Part shown: positions 21,740 through 32,660 of the stretch, in pieces
Position numbering within the stretch: position 1 is the stretch's first letter
Layout: every line of letters begins with the position of its first letter
Assembly: GCA_963828255.1 (NCBI GenBank)
Contig: CAWHDZ010000007.1
Coordinates: forward strand, 96,001-160,000
Origin: an uncultured delta proteobacterium
GTDB taxonomy: Bacteria > Myxococcota > Myxococcia > Myxococcales > Anaeromyxobacteraceae
Length of the DNA: 64,000 nt
Direction: 5' to 3'
Translations under genes and position numbers: made by a program
Notes under the pieces: model-generated
What the model saw: only the letters and a program-made list of their open reading frames with translations
Told to the model about the DNA's origin: nothing
Database searches by the model: none

Positions 21740-23637
21740 TTACGGGCAAACTCGGTCCCGCGCACAGGCGTGGTTTCGCCAGAAACCCCAAACCCCCGCG
21801 AAATCGACGCCCATGACCGCAGGTTGATTCATCCAATGATTCCAGTCGACAGCAACTGACGCGCCGTTCGAGTACAGGCCAACCCCTCGGTTGGCCGCGT
21901 CGGAACACTCGAAAGTGTTCTTGTCGGAAGCGACGCACGACGCGCAGACGCTTCCGCCAGTTACGGTCCAGAGCCCCGGGGCTTGCCGCAACCAGGATCT
22001 GATCCCAGTCGTTCCGAAGGACCGAGTTGCCTCGGAACGGACTGGTCCCCGGAAACGGCGCCGTGAAGACAATCCCCCCGCCTCTCCTCGGCCCCGTCGC
22101 CACGTTGTACGACTGGGTCGCGCTGTTCCCCACGACCTCGTTCCCGCTCAGCACCAGGGCCGATCCCGCCGCCCATCGCCAGCAGCCGGAACGCCGAGTT
22201 GGTCGCCCCGGTCATCTTCGCCGCGCCCGCGCTGTTCTGGACCGTCACGCTCACCGACGCCCCACCCACCGGCTGCGCGTGCACATGCGTCCCGTTGCTC
22301 GAATACGGGCACCCGTCGCTCACCAGCGTCCCCCGGGCCACGTGGACCGCGTCCCCGGTGTTCCCGCTGAACGTCGTCCCGGTCGCCGAGAAGGTCGGCG
22401 TGCCCGTACCCGAGGCCCCCACCTGGACCCCCGTCGCGTTCAGGGTCACGGCGCCACCAGTGAAGGTGAGCTTCCCCACCACCAGCGAGGCACCGACCGT
22501 CGGGGAGTCGACCGTCGTGGCGCCGCTGACCGTCGACGACACAGCCGAGCTCTCGATGGTCTCGGCGGCCGACTCCACGAGGATCCCCGTCGCGGCCCCG
22601 TCCACTGCTACCGCGGACATCGTCACCGGGCAGTGGCCGGTGACGTGCACGCCGGTCGAGAGTCGCGGCACGGGCGTGCCCGACGACGCCGCGGATACCT
22701 TCACCGTGGAAATGGCGATCGGCGCCAGGTCGGCGGCGACGGGGCATGCCGTCCGGATGCCATCTCCGGTCGACGTTCCCTTCTGGATCTCGAACCCCGT
22801 GATCGACCCGCCCGGCCCGATGGTGATGAGGGGCGAGGTCAGCGCAGTGGACGAGGTGACCGCGTAGTGGCCGATCACCGGCGTCGCATCGTCCGTGGTG
22901 ACCGCCACGTTGGACGGAACCTGGAGCCCCCCCGGCTCGTTGAAGACCATGAGGCCACCCTGAAGAGACGAATTCCATCCCGCCGCCTCCACCGTCGAGC
23001 CCGAACCGCGGGCGCTGGCGGCCGCCAGGGCCTCGGTCAGAGTCGAGTACCGGCAATTCGCCGGTGAGGCCACCCCCGTCGCACGAGGGGGCGAAGCGGC
23101 GGTCGAGCCGCTCACCGCGTCAGCGAAGAATTTGGCGCCGGGATTGGCCGGGCAGACGCACGCGCTCGCGCTGCAAACGAGGCCGTCGGCGGCGCAGCTC
23201 GCCTCCGTCTGCCAGGTCAGGCAGGCCGAGCCGCTCACCACAGGTCGGCAGCGGAGGACCTGGTCCGCAGCCACGCTGCACATCGTGGCGTCGAGCTGGG
23301 TGCAGGCGTTCGCGACGGGACAGGCGCACGCGGCGCCCCCACCCGACGCCACGCAACTCTGGCCCGGATCTGCGCAGGGCTGAGCGGTGCGGCTCGAGCA
23401 CACGCCCCCCGCCGCCGTGCAGGTCACCACCTGCCCCGATGCGCAGGACGTCCCCGGGATGCACTGCCCGTCCAGCGTGTGCCCCGGGCAGGAGAGCGCC
23501 GCGGTGCTGCACGCCCCGTCGCTGCCGCAGCCCTGGTCGGACGGGCAGTTCTGGTCGGACTGGCACGGGGCCCCGGTTGTGGTGACCGAGCAGGCCGCGA
23601 GCAGGGCGAGGAGCAGGGGCGGGGCGAGCCGGCGCAT
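21740..23637 (-). pseudogene. Cys-rich / beta-helix lipoprotein, frameshifted twice
   Basis: Lipobox LLAAC, Cys-rich repeats, GN-rich beta-helix repeats; coding sense moves frame near 22166 and 21966. Confidence 0.65.
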
Positions 23638-23743
23638 CCAGCGGAGATTACCAGAACCGCCCGCCGGGACGCCCGGGGAGCCGGTGCGGCGAGGGATATC
23701 GCCGCGTCGACAGCCGGCCCGGGACGTGGTTTTCTCCCGCGCC

Positions 23744-25816
23744 ATGCGCACCTCCGTCCTCTCGCTCGTCCTGGCAACGTCCGTCACCGCGGGCCTGGCC
23801 GCGCCGGCCCACGCCGCCGGCCTCCGGCCATTCTCGGTGCAGGACCTGGTGACCCTGCAGCGCGTCTCCGACCCGCGCCCGTCGCCCGACGGGAAGTGGA
23901 TCGCCTACGTGCTCCGCTCCACCGACCTGGACGCCAACCGGGGCCGCACCGACCTCTGGCTCGTGGGCGTGGACGGCAAGGGGGCCCGGCGCCTCACCAC
24001 CAGCGCCGAGAACGAGTCGAGCCCGCGCTGGGCGGCCGACGGAAGGTCGATCTACTTCCTCTCGGCGCGCGGCGGCCCCCAGCAGATCTGGCGGCTGCGG
24101 CTCGACGGCGGCGAGTCGGAGAAGGTGACCTCGCTCCCCCTCGACGTCGCGAGCTTCCGGCTCTCCCCCGACGGCACGCGGGCCGTCGTCGCGGCCAGCG
24201 TCTTCCCCGACTGCGCCTCCGCGGCCGAGGGGACGATGGCCTGCACCACCAGGCGCCTCGAGGAGCGGGCCCGCACCCGCTCGTCCGGGCGGCTCTACTC
24301 CCGGCTCCCGGTCCGCCACTGGGACGAGTGGCTCGACGGCCGCCGCAACCACCTCTTCGTCGTGCCCCTCTCCGGCGGCGCCCCCGTGGACCTCATGAAG
24401 GGCATGGACGCCGACTCCCCGTCGCGCCCCTTCGGCGGCGCCGACGACTACGCCTTCACGCCCGACGGAAAGGGAGTGGTCTTCGCGGCCAAGGACGCCG
24501 GCCGCGCCGAGGCCTGGTCCACCAACCACGACCTCTGGTCCGTTCCCGCCGACGGCTCGGCCGCGCCCCGCAACCTCACCCCGGACAACCAGGCCTGGGA
24601 CGGCCACCCGGTCTTCTCGCCGGACGGCAAGAGGCTCGCCTGGCTCGCCATGGAGGTCCCGGGCTACGAGGCCGACCGCCACCGCATCCTGGTGCGCGAC
24701 TGGCCCGACGGCGCGGTGCGCGAGGTGGCCCCGGGCTGGGACCGCTCCCCCGGCGAGATGGCCTGGTCGGCCGACGGGCGCTCGCTCCTCGTCACCGCCG
24801 ACCACCTGGGCGCCCACCCGCTCTTCTCCATCGACGTGGCCACGGGGCGGGAGCGAATCCTGGTGAAGGGCGGCAGCAGCGCCTCGCCCTCCGCGGCGGG
24901 CAGGGTGGTGGTCTTCACCCGCAGCGACCTGGGCTCCCCCGCCGACCTCTGGACGGTCCGCCCCGACGGCTCCGGCGCGGCCCCCATCACCCGCGTCAAC
25001 GAGGCGGCACTGGCCGGCGTGGCCTTCGGAGACCGGGAGCAGTTCACCTTCGCCGGCTGGAACGGCGAGACCGTGCACGGCTGGGTGGTGAAGCCGGTGG
25101 GCTTCGAGCCCGGGAAGCGCTACCCGGTGGCCTTCCTGATCCACGGCGGCCCGCAGGGGTCCTTCGGCGACCAGTTTCACTATAGGTGGAATCCGCAGAT
25201 CTACGCGGCGGCCGGCTACGCAGCCGTGATGATCGACTTCCACGGCTCCACCGGCTACGGCAGGAAGTTCACCGACTCCATCGGCGGCGACTGGGGCGGC
25301 AAGCCGCTCGAGGATCTCCAGAAGGGACTCGCCGCCGCGCTGGAGCGCCACCCCTGGATGGACGGAGGGCGGGTGGCCGCACTGGGCGCCTCCTACGGCG
25401 GCTACATGATCAACTGGATCGAGGGGGCCTGGCCCGACCGCTTCCGGTGCCTGGTGAGCCACGACGGAAACCTCGACGAGCTCCACGCCTACTTCGACAC
25501 CGAGGAGCTCTGGTTCCCCGAGCGGGAGCACGGTGGGACCCCCTGGCAGGTCCCGGAGGCCTACCAGAAGCACAACCCGGTGAACCTCGTGAAGAACTGG
25601 AAGACGCCCATCCTGGTCGTCCACGGCGGGCGCGACTTCCGCGTGGTGGACACCCAGGGGCTATCGACCTTCACGGCGGCCCAGCGCATGGGCGTACCGA
25701 GCGAGTTCCTCCACTTCCCGGACGAGAACCACTGGGTGCTGAAGCCGGCCAACAGCATCCAGTGGCACGAGACGGTGCTGGGCTGGATCGGGCGCTGGAC
25801 CCGACCTACATCTTGA
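23744..25816 (+). CDS. S9 family peptidase (dipeptidyl/acylaminoacyl peptidase)
   Basis: Signal peptide, SPDG propeller repeats, IHGGPQ, GASYGG nucleophile, DFRV, ENHW. Confidence 0.93.
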   Translation: MRTSVLSLVLATSVTAGLAAPAHAAGLRPFSVQDLVTLQRVSDPRPSPDGKWIAYVLRSTDLDANRGRTDLWLVGVDGKGARRLTTSAENESSPRWAADGRSIYFLSARGGPQQIWRLRLDGGESEKVTSLPLDVASFRLSPDGTRAVVAASVFPDCASAAEGTMACTTRRLEERARTRSSGRLYSRLPVRHWDEWLDGRRNHLFVVPLSGGAPVDLMKGMDADSPSRPFGGADDYAFTPDGKGVVFAAKDAGRAEAWSTNHDLWSVPADGSAAPRNLTPDNQAWDGHPVFSPDGKRLAWLAMEVPGYEADRHRILVRDWPDGAVREVAPGWDRSPGEMAWSADGRSLLVTADHLGAHPLFSIDVATGRERILVKGGSSASPSAAGRVVVFTRSDLGSPADLWTVRPDGSGAAPITRVNEAALAGVAFGDREQFTFAGWNGETVHGWVVKPVGFEPGKRYPVAFLIHGGPQGSFGDQFHYRWNPQIYAAAGYAAVMIDFHGSTGYGRKFTDSIGGDWGGKPLEDLQKGLAAALERHPWMDGGRVAALGASYGGYMINWIEGAWPDRFRCLVSHDGNLDELHAYFDTEELWFPEREHGGTPWQVPEAYQKHNPVNLVKNWKTPILVVHGGRDFRVVDTQGLSTFTAAQRMGVPSEFLHFPDENHWVLKPANSIQWHETVLGWIGRWTRPTS

Positions 25817-25997
25817 CGATGCAGTCGGTCGGGCAGACCGCGACGCAGGACATCTCGCCGCCGGTCGCGGCGCACTCGTCGCACTTCTCGGCCTCGATCA
25901 CGTAGGCGTCGTCGCCGGCGGTGATCGCGGTGTTGGGGCACTCCGGCTCGCAGGCGCCGCAGTTGGTGCAGTCATCGGTCACGATCTTGTTGGCCAT
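25806..25997 (-). CDS. 2x[4Fe-4S] ferredoxin (YfhL-like)
   Basis: CTNCGACEPECP and CDEC...CVAVCP. Confidence 0.9.
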   Translation of the reverse strand: MANKIVTDDCTNCGACEPECPNTAITAGDDAYVIEAEKCDECAATGGEMSCVAVCPTDCIVKM

Positions 25998-26201
25998 CGG
26001 ATTCTCCGGGTCTCGGGGTAGGGAAGGGCGAAGGGTACGTGGGGGGCGCAATCTGCACGTCCCGCGCCACCCCCGCTCCGGGAGCGAAGTTCCCTGTTCA
26101 CGGATATTTGGCGCTTTGTGGGATCCGACGAACTTGCGGGGATGGCCGTCCCGACTGCAAATGGTGCGCGAAAATACAGGAGAAATTCGGTACTGATTCG
26201 A

Positions 26202-26799
26202 TCAGCTTCGTCGCCACCGCCCCGGCGTCCAGGTGAAGCCCTTCCCGGATCGCTTCCAGTGTCCCTCGGTCCAGGAGTGACCGGGGTAGGGCGCCGACCA
26301 GCAGCCCGACGCCCAGACGTATCGCCTCCCGGTCCAGGTCCAGAATCCGGGGATCCAGATGGCTTCGTGGGAGGGGCGGGCTACAGGCGACTCGACCAGC
26401 AGGGGCGGCGGTGTGGCCGGCGACGCGGTGAGCGGGACGAACGGGGGTGCGTGGATCGCCGCCGGCGAGCTCGATCGTAGGACGCCAGAAGGGCTCGTGG
26501 AAGGTGAATCCGCGGTCGTCTCCCACCCACCGGGCGGCCACCCAGACGTAGGGAGGTCGCCCCGGCGGCGTGGCCCACTGCCCTGCGACCCAGGACCAGC
26601 GCCCCGCCGCCCACTGCCAGTGGCCGTCGATCCAGACCGACGCAGCCGACGGCTGGGGCACGCGGGGATCGGCGAGCGGAGCCGGCGGAGGGCCGGAGGT
26701 GTCCATGCGCACGCCGGGGACGGGCGAGACGCCGGCCACGGGGGCGGGAGCCGGGGCGGCGAGGAGGAGGAGCGCGAAGGCGGTCGAGGCGAGGGTCAC
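26202..26799 (-). pseudogene. YXWGXW/WXXGXW-repeat secreted protein, frameshifted
   Basis: VWIDGHWQW, WVAGQW, YVWVAARW; after a +1 shift near 26474 continues IWIPGFWTW...WTEGHW...WTPGRWRRS*. Confidence 0.7.
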
Positions 26800-26835
26800 G
26801 CGGCCATGAAGTGTAGCACCGGCTATATCCCTCCC

Positions 26836-27786
26836 ATGAACGAACGAGAGAGCAGCGCCGTCCTCGCCATCGCCATCCACGCCGCATTCGCCGACGGCGC
26901 CCCCGCCGACCCGGAGCGCGAGCAGATCCGCCGCGTCGCGGAGGGGCTGGCCGGGGGCGGCATCCCGGGCCTCCCGTCCGCCTACCAGGCGGTGCTCGTC
27001 GAGAAGAGGTCCGTCGAGGACGCCGCAGCCAGCCTGGCCACGGCCGAGTCCCGCCGCTTCGCCTACGAGATGGCGGTGGCGGTGGCCGAGTCCGACGGGG
27101 TGCGGACCGAGTCCGAGCGTGCCTTCCTGGAGAGGTTGCGCGGGCTCCTCGGCGTGGACGCCGCGCCGGCCGCGGAGCTGGAGCGGCAGACGCAGGTCCT
27201 GCTCACCACGCCGATCGCGCCGGAGGGAGCGGCTTCGTCCGTGGCCCCGGCCTCGCCGCTCACGCCGGACGCAGCCGCCCTCGACGCCAGGATCCTGAAC
27301 GCCGCCATCCTGAACGGGGCGCTCGAGCTCCTTCCCGAGTCGCTGGCCACCATGGCCATCATCCCGCTGCAGATGAAGCTCGTGTACGAGGTCGGTCTGG
27401 CGCACGGCTACGCGCTCGACCGCGGCCACGTGACCGAGCTGCTCGCCACGGTGGGCGCCGGGGTGACCGGCCAGGCGGTCGAGCAGGTCGGGCGCAAGAT
27501 CCTGGGCGGGATCCTCGGCTCCATTGGCGGCCGCATGCTGGGCGGCCTGGGCCGGCAGGCGGTCAGCTCCGGCGTGGCCTTCGCCACCACCTACGCGCTG
27601 GGCCAGGTGGCCCGCCAGTACTACGCCAGCGGCCGGCGCATCGACGCCGCGCAGCTCAAGGTGGTCTTCCAGCGCATGCTCGAGGAGGCGCGGGGGAAGG
27701 CGGGGCAGTACTCCGGCCAGATGGCCGAGAAGGCGCGGACCATCGACGTCTCGAGCCTGGCCAACCTCGTGAAGCGCGGACCTTAG
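26836..27786 (+). CDS. TerB/DUF533 plus DUF697-like protein
   Basis: AAFADG..E and AESDGV..SERAFL TerB pattern; MAIIPLQMKLVY and Gly-rich C-half. Confidence 0.7.
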   Translation: MNERESSAVLAIAIHAAFADGAPADPEREQIRRVAEGLAGGGIPGLPSAYQAVLVEKRSVEDAAASLATAESRRFAYEMAVAVAESDGVRTESERAFLERLRGLLGVDAAPAAELERQTQVLLTTPIAPEGAASSVAPASPLTPDAAALDARILNAAILNGALELLPESLATMAIIPLQMKLVYEVGLAHGYALDRGHVTELLATVGAGVTGQAVEQVGRKILGGILGSIGGRMLGGLGRQAVSSGVAFATTYALGQVARQYYASGRRIDAAQLKVVFQRMLEEARGKAGQYSGQMAEKARTIDVSSLANLVKRGP

Positions 27787-27807
27787 GGCGCGGCGGAGCA
27801 GGCTCCG

Positions 27808-28818
27808 CTACGGCCTGGCGCCCTTCACGTCGTACGGGCTGGCCCCCAGTGCGGCCGAGACGTCCCGGATGGCCTTCTGGGCGCGCACGCTGTTGCCGGC
27901 CGCGTCGAGGGGAGGGGAGAAGACCGCGATCCCGAAGCGTCCCGGGGCCACCGCGATGATGCCGCCTCCCACGCCGCTCTTGGCGGGCAGGCCGATCTCG
28001 TAGAGCCAGATGCCCGAGTCGTCGTAGAGGCCGGCCGTGGCCATGACGGCGAGGATCCGCGGGACATTTGCGGACGCGATCACCTGCTTGCCGGTGACCG
28101 GGTTGCGCCCCCCATTCGCCAGCGTCGCCGCCATCACCGCCAGGTCGGAGGCGTTCACCGAGATGGAGCACTGCCGGGTGTAGACGTCGGTGGAGGCGGC
28201 GGGGTCGAAGTAGAGCCGCCCGTAGGCGTGCATGAGCTTGGCGATGGCCTGGTTCCGATCGTTGGTGGCGGCCTCCGACCGGTAGACCTCCTCGTCGATG
28301 GAGAGCTTCCGCCCCGCGAAGGCCTCGTGGATGGCCAGGATGCGGGCCCACTTCTCCTCGGCGGTGGCGCCCTCCACCAGGCTGGTGGTGGCGATGGCCC
28401 CGGGGTTCACGAAGGGGTTCATCTCCTTCCCCTTCATCTGCTCGATGGCCACGATGGAGTTGAAGACCTGCCCGGTTGCATCGACGCCCAGCTTCTCCAG
28501 CACCGCCTTCGCGCCGGCGGTCTCCAGCACGCTGGCCAGCGTGAACACCTTGGAGATGGACTGGATGGAGAAGCGGGCCTCCACGTCTCCCTTCTTGAAC
28601 ACCTTGCCGTCCACGGTGACGAGCGCGATCCCGAAGAGCTTGGAGTCGACCTTGGCGAGCGCCGGGATGTAGTCGGCGTTCTTGCCCTCCTCGAGGGTTC
28701 GGTACCTCTCCCATGCTCCGTCCACGGCCGCCTGGTAGGGGTTCGGGGCAGGGGCCGCGACGGCGGAGGTGGTGGCGGCGGCGGCGAGCAGGAATGCTGC
28801 GACTCGGGACCTGGTCAT
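27808..28818 (-). CDS. glsA: Glutaminase A with N-terminal signal peptide
   Basis: GKNADYIPAL, SIQSISK (SxxK), NPFVNPGAI, PAKSGVGGG. Confidence 0.93.
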   Translation of the reverse strand: MTRSRVAAFLLAAAATTSAVAAPAPNPYQAAVDGAWERYRTLEEGKNADYIPALAKVDSKLFGIALVTVDGKVFKKGDVEARFSIQSISKVFTLASVLETAGAKAVLEKLGVDATGQVFNSIVAIEQMKGKEMNPFVNPGAIATTSLVEGATAEEKWARILAIHEAFAGRKLSIDEEVYRSEAATNDRNQAIAKLMHAYGRLYFDPAASTDVYTRQCSISVNASDLAVMAATLANGGRNPVTGKQVIASANVPRILAVMATAGLYDDSGIWLYEIGLPAKSGVGGGIIAVAPGRFGIAVFSPPLDAAGNSVRAQKAIRDVSAALGASPYDVKGARP

Positions 28819-28835
28819 GGATTCCTCCTGATTGT

Positions 28836-30050
28836 TCACCACGTGTGAGCGAAGTCCACCTTGGCGGAGATCTGGAAGCGGAAGTCGGTGCCCGAGGCGC
28901 CCCCCTTGTCGCGCCGCTCGCCGAAGAGGAACTCGGCGCCGCTCATGACCGCGGGGACGGGGCGGTAGATCAGGTTGGCCGAGGCGTACTGGCCCATCTC
29001 GAAGGCGCTCGGATCCTGCTGGTCGGTGGTCCACATGCGGGTCATCGACCAGCCGACGGCGCTCGTGAACTGGTCGCTCCAGGCGTGGTCGTAGAAGGCG
29101 ACCAGGCCGAGGAGGGGAACCGCCTTCGCGGCGCCGTCCTGGGGTGCGACGTCCCAGGAGGCGTCGTTCATGTAGTTGGCGATCCCGGCCCCGTAGACGG
29201 CCTGCAGGCGGAGCCGGTCCCGCCCCCAGGTGTTCACCACCGAGGCCAGGTTCACGCCCCACCCCGTCGTGTACCCCCAGTGGTACAGGGCCGTGGCCGA
29301 GGGGAGCACCTGGTAGCCGAGCCAGCGCAGGACCCCCGAGGCCTGGAGGTGCCCGAAGCCGCCGGTGAGCCGGTAGCGCGCGGTCACGTCGGGGAAGCGG
29401 GTGTAGGGCTGGGCCTCCAGCAGCGGATCCACCCCGCCGCCGGCGCCGCTGTCGATGGCCAGGCCGGGCGCCTCGATGGCGACCGCGAGGGAGTGTTCCC
29501 CGGAGATGGGCGTCCAGCGCAGCTGCGGATTGCGCAGGAAGACCATGCCGGCCGGACCCCAGTAGTCGATGACGTCGGGGAAGACGTCGCCGTCCATGAA
29601 GAGGCTCGGCGCCTGGCCGGCCAGGAACTGCCAGTACTCGGCGTAGGCGAGGCGCAGGCGGATGGTGGTCTGCCCGGCGTTCACGCCGACGCCGAACAGG
29701 TCGAACTCGAACTGGGCGCGGGCGGTGCTGAAGCCGGCGGGGATCTCGCCCCACACGCCGAAGCGGGTCTGCTTCACGCTCAGGCTGGTCTCGCCGTTGG
29801 GCCCGAACAGCTCGGGCTGGGTGGGGATCTTGGTGGGGCGCAGGGTGTCCTTCCAGTCGGGCTGGACCCGCTTCAGGTCCCCGATCACGTCGAGCTGGGC
29901 GAAGCCGTAGATCTTGAAGGTGGGCTTCGTGGCCGGCTCGCCCGGCTGGACCTGCGCGGCCGACGGCGATGCGATCAGGGCGGCGAGGAGCAGCGCTGCC
30001 GCCCGGGCCACGAGCCCGGGGCGGAGGAGGTGGGGCGATGGTCCCGGCAT
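28836..30050 (-). CDS. DcaP-family outer membrane porin
   Basis: IYGFAQLD, KQTRFG, FEFDLFG, RLRLAY, GQAPSLFMD. Confidence 0.8.
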   Translation of the reverse strand: MPGPSPHLLRPGLVARAAALLLAALIASPSAAQVQPGEPATKPTFKIYGFAQLDVIGDLKRVQPDWKDTLRPTKIPTQPELFGPNGETSLSVKQTRFGVWGEIPAGFSTARAQFEFDLFGVGVNAGQTTIRLRLAYAEYWQFLAGQAPSLFMDGDVFPDVIDYWGPAGMVFLRNPQLRWTPISGEHSLAVAIEAPGLAIDSGAGGGVDPLLEAQPYTRFPDVTARYRLTGGFGHLQASGVLRWLGYQVLPSATALYHWGYTTGWGVNLASVVNTWGRDRLRLQAVYGAGIANYMNDASWDVAPQDGAAKAVPLLGLVAFYDHAWSDQFTSAVGWSMTRMWTTDQQDPSAFEMGQYASANLIYRPVPAVMSGAEFLFGERRDKGGASGTDFRFQISAKVDFAHTW

Positions 30051-30075
30051 GTGGTTCCCCTGGATCCGAAGCGTA

Positions 30076-31113
30076 TCAGCGGCGGTAGGACCATCCAACG
30101 GTGAGCGACGTGATGAAGTCGTTCTTGGGTGCATCGGGATCCGGGGGCCGGGTGTCGAAGGTATCGCTGAACTGCACCCCCACGTTGAAGTCCGTGAAGA
30201 TCTCGTACTTGACCCTGACGGTGAACGTCCCGCGGAGCCGCCCGAGGTCGGAGAGCCCGGGCAGGAGCACCAGCGAGGTGTTCATGTCGAGCTTCGGGGT
30301 GTCGTAGCGGAAGGCGTCCCAGGAGGCGCCGAGGAGGGCGTCGAGCGCGAAGTTCGAGTCGGTGTTGACGTAGGTCTCGCGCGAGCCTGCCAGGCCGCCG
30401 GTGAGCCAGACCTCGGTCCAGCCGTTGCGTACCACCGAATGTGCCACGCCGGGCAGGACCGAGGCGCGGAGGACGAGCTGGAGCTCGTCGTTGTGCTCGA
30501 GCAGCCCGCCCAGGATCGCCCGCCAGCGGTTCATGAAGTACCAGCTGCCCTGCAGCCCCACCGTGTACCGGCTCACCGCCACGTTGTTGGCGTCGTCCTG
30601 GAAGTAGGCGTCGAAGGTCAGGTTGGCGCCGAGATCCTCGGCGCGGTACCCGAACTCGCCCGACGTGGAGAGGGTGGAGGCGTAGTTGGACTTGGCGAAG
30701 GTGAAGCCCAGGTCGAAGATGATGCGGAGGCGGTTCAGGAAGGCCTCGTCCATGGGGACGATCTCGACCGCGTCGGTGATGGCGACGACCTCCGGTGTCG
30801 GAAGCGCGCCGACGGCGAGCTGGTCTTCGGTCGGCGAGGAGAGGGCGCCGTAGATCCGCACCCCCGTCCGCAGTTCCACCTCGTACTGGTGGGTGGAGGA
30901 GATGGTCCGGATCTTGTCCCACTCGATGGAGAGGCGCCCTGCGTCGTCGGTGAGCAGGTCGAGCTTGCCCCGCGACATGCCCTTGATCTCGCCGGTGAGG
31001 TGGTCGCCGTTGCGGAGGACCACCACGTCGGTCTTCTCCCTCGCCGAGGCGGGGAGGGCGGCCACGAGGAGCGCGGCGGCGAGGAGGACCCGGTACACGA
31101 GGGGGCCGAGCAT
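30076..31113 (-). CDS. DUF481-like outer membrane beta-barrel protein
   Basis: DVVVLRNGDHLTGEIK N-domain followed by amphipathic beta strands. Confidence 0.7.
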   Translation of the reverse strand: MLGPLVYRVLLAAALLVAALPASAREKTDVVVLRNGDHLTGEIKGMSRGKLDLLTDDAGRLSIEWDKIRTISSTHQYEVELRTGVRIYGALSSPTEDQLAVGALPTPEVVAITDAVEIVPMDEAFLNRLRIIFDLGFTFAKSNYASTLSTSGEFGYRAEDLGANLTFDAYFQDDANNVAVSRYTVGLQGSWYFMNRWRAILGGLLEHNDELQLVLRASVLPGVAHSVVRNGWTEVWLTGGLAGSRETYVNTDSNFALDALLGASWDAFRYDTPKLDMNTSLVLLPGLSDLGRLRGTFTVRVKYEIFTDFNVGVQFSDTFDTRPPDPDAPKNDFITSLTVGWSYRR

Positions 31114-31226
31114 AGCCGATCCCGGTGCAAGGTCGGCGTTCGTTTCACACCGCCCGGATGCGGGCCGATTCGGGATTGCGCGGGTCGGCATGCCGGATAG
31201 GAAAGGGGTCCAGAACGGAGGTCCAC

Positions 31227-31761
31227 ATGGTCAGGAACTCGATCGTGGTCGCGTTGCTCGTCTCGGTTGCGTCGGTGGCCAGCGCCGAGGACAAGGCTCC
31301 CAGGCCGGGGCCGGAGGTGGAGCGGCTCGGCTTCTTCGTCGGCAAGTGGAAGACCAGCGGCGAGACTGAAGGAGAGCCCCATCATGCCGGCCGGGAAGTA
31401 CGCCGAGAAGTCCACCTGCGAGTGGTTCTCCGGCAAGTTCTCGGTGGTCTGCAAGATCAAGGGCAAGGGGCCCATGGGACCCATGGAGGGGCTCGGGATC
31501 ATGGGCTGGAGCACCGAGGAGAAGGTCTACGTCTACTACGGCGTGGACAACTCCCCGATGGCCTGGACCAGCGTTCCCAGGGGCACGTTCGCCGACGGCG
31601 TCCTGACCTTCGACGACGAGTCGAGGATGGGAGGACAGATGGTGAAGTCCCGGTACGTCATGAAGCAGACCGGGAAGAAGTCGTACTCGTCCACCTGGTC
31701 GATCCTCGGGCCGGACGGCAAGTGGCAGCTGGTGATGGAGGCGACCTCCACCCGGGAGTAG
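31227..31761 (+). pseudogene. DUF1579-like secreted protein, frameshifted
   Basis: Signal peptide and PGPEVERLGFFVGKW, then +1 shift near 31365 into LKESPIMPAGK...CEWFSG. Confidence 0.7.
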
Positions 31762-31795
31762 CCGGCCGAGGCTTCCGGCGTGAACTGAAGGGCGG

Positions 31796-32650
31796 ATGAT
31801 CCTCCTCCTCGCCTACCGGCCCCCGCTCCACTGGGAGGCGATGCTCGAGTTCCTCTCCGGGCGCTGCACCGCCGGCGTCGAGCAGGTCGAGGGGGGCGCC
31901 TACCGCCGCACGGTGCGCGTCGGCAAGCGGGTGGGATGGGTGTCGGTGACGGTCGAGCCGGTCCGGCCGGCGCTGCGGGTGGAGGTCTCCAGTTCCCTCT
32001 CGGCGGCCCGCCGCCCCCTGGAGGCCAGGCTCCGCGCGCTCTTCGACCTGGACCTCGATCCCGCCGAGGTGGCGGCCGCGCTCCGGCGCGACCGGCTCCT
32101 CGCGCCATCCGTGCGGCGCAACCCAGGACTGCGCGTGAACGGGGCCTTCGACGCCTTCGAGGCCGCCGTCCGGGTGGTGCTGGGGCAGCAGGTCAGCGTC
32201 CGCGCCGCCACCACGGTGGCCGGAAGGCTCGCCGCGGCGCTCGGGGAGCCGGTGGAGACCCCGTTCCCCGGGCTGGATCGGCTGGCGCCCACGCCCGCAG
32301 CGGTGACCGCTGCCGGCGAGGATCGCGTCGCCCGGGTGGGCATGCCCGGCGCCCGGGCCCGGACGCTGCTCGCGCTCGCCGGGTCCATCGCCTCGGGAGA
32401 CCTGGTGCTCGAGCGTGGCGCCGACCCGGACCAGGTGCGTGACCGGATGCTCGCCCTGCCGGGCGTGGGGCCCTGGACGGCCTCGCTGGTGGCCATGCGG
32501 GCGCTGGGCGCGCCCGACGCCTTCCCGGGCGGCGACCTGGGGGTGCTGCGCGCGCTCGGGGTGAAATCGGCGCGGGAGGCGGAGGCGCGCGCGGAGGCCT
32601 GGAGGCCCTGGCGCGCCTACGCCGCCATGCACCTGTGGAACCTGCCCTGA
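31796..32650 (+). CDS. alkA: DNA-3-methyladenine glycosylase II
   Basis: AYRPP..W, LGQQVSV, HhH LPGVGPWTA, WRPWRAYA. Confidence 0.9.
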   Translation: MILLLAYRPPLHWEAMLEFLSGRCTAGVEQVEGGAYRRTVRVGKRVGWVSVTVEPVRPALRVEVSSSLSAARRPLEARLRALFDLDLDPAEVAAALRRDRLLAPSVRRNPGLRVNGAFDAFEAAVRVVLGQQVSVRAATTVAGRLAAALGEPVETPFPGLDRLAPTPAAVTAAGEDRVARVGMPGARARTLLALAGSIASGDLVLERGADPDQVRDRMLALPGVGPWTASLVAMRALGAPDAFPGGDLGVLRALGVKSAREAEARAEAWRPWRAYAAMHLWNLP

Positions 32651-32660
32651 GCGTCGATCC

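Noticed and set aside
26100..26195. AT-rich tract upstream of the ferredoxin as an Rrf2/IscR site
   Set aside because: No convincing palindrome.
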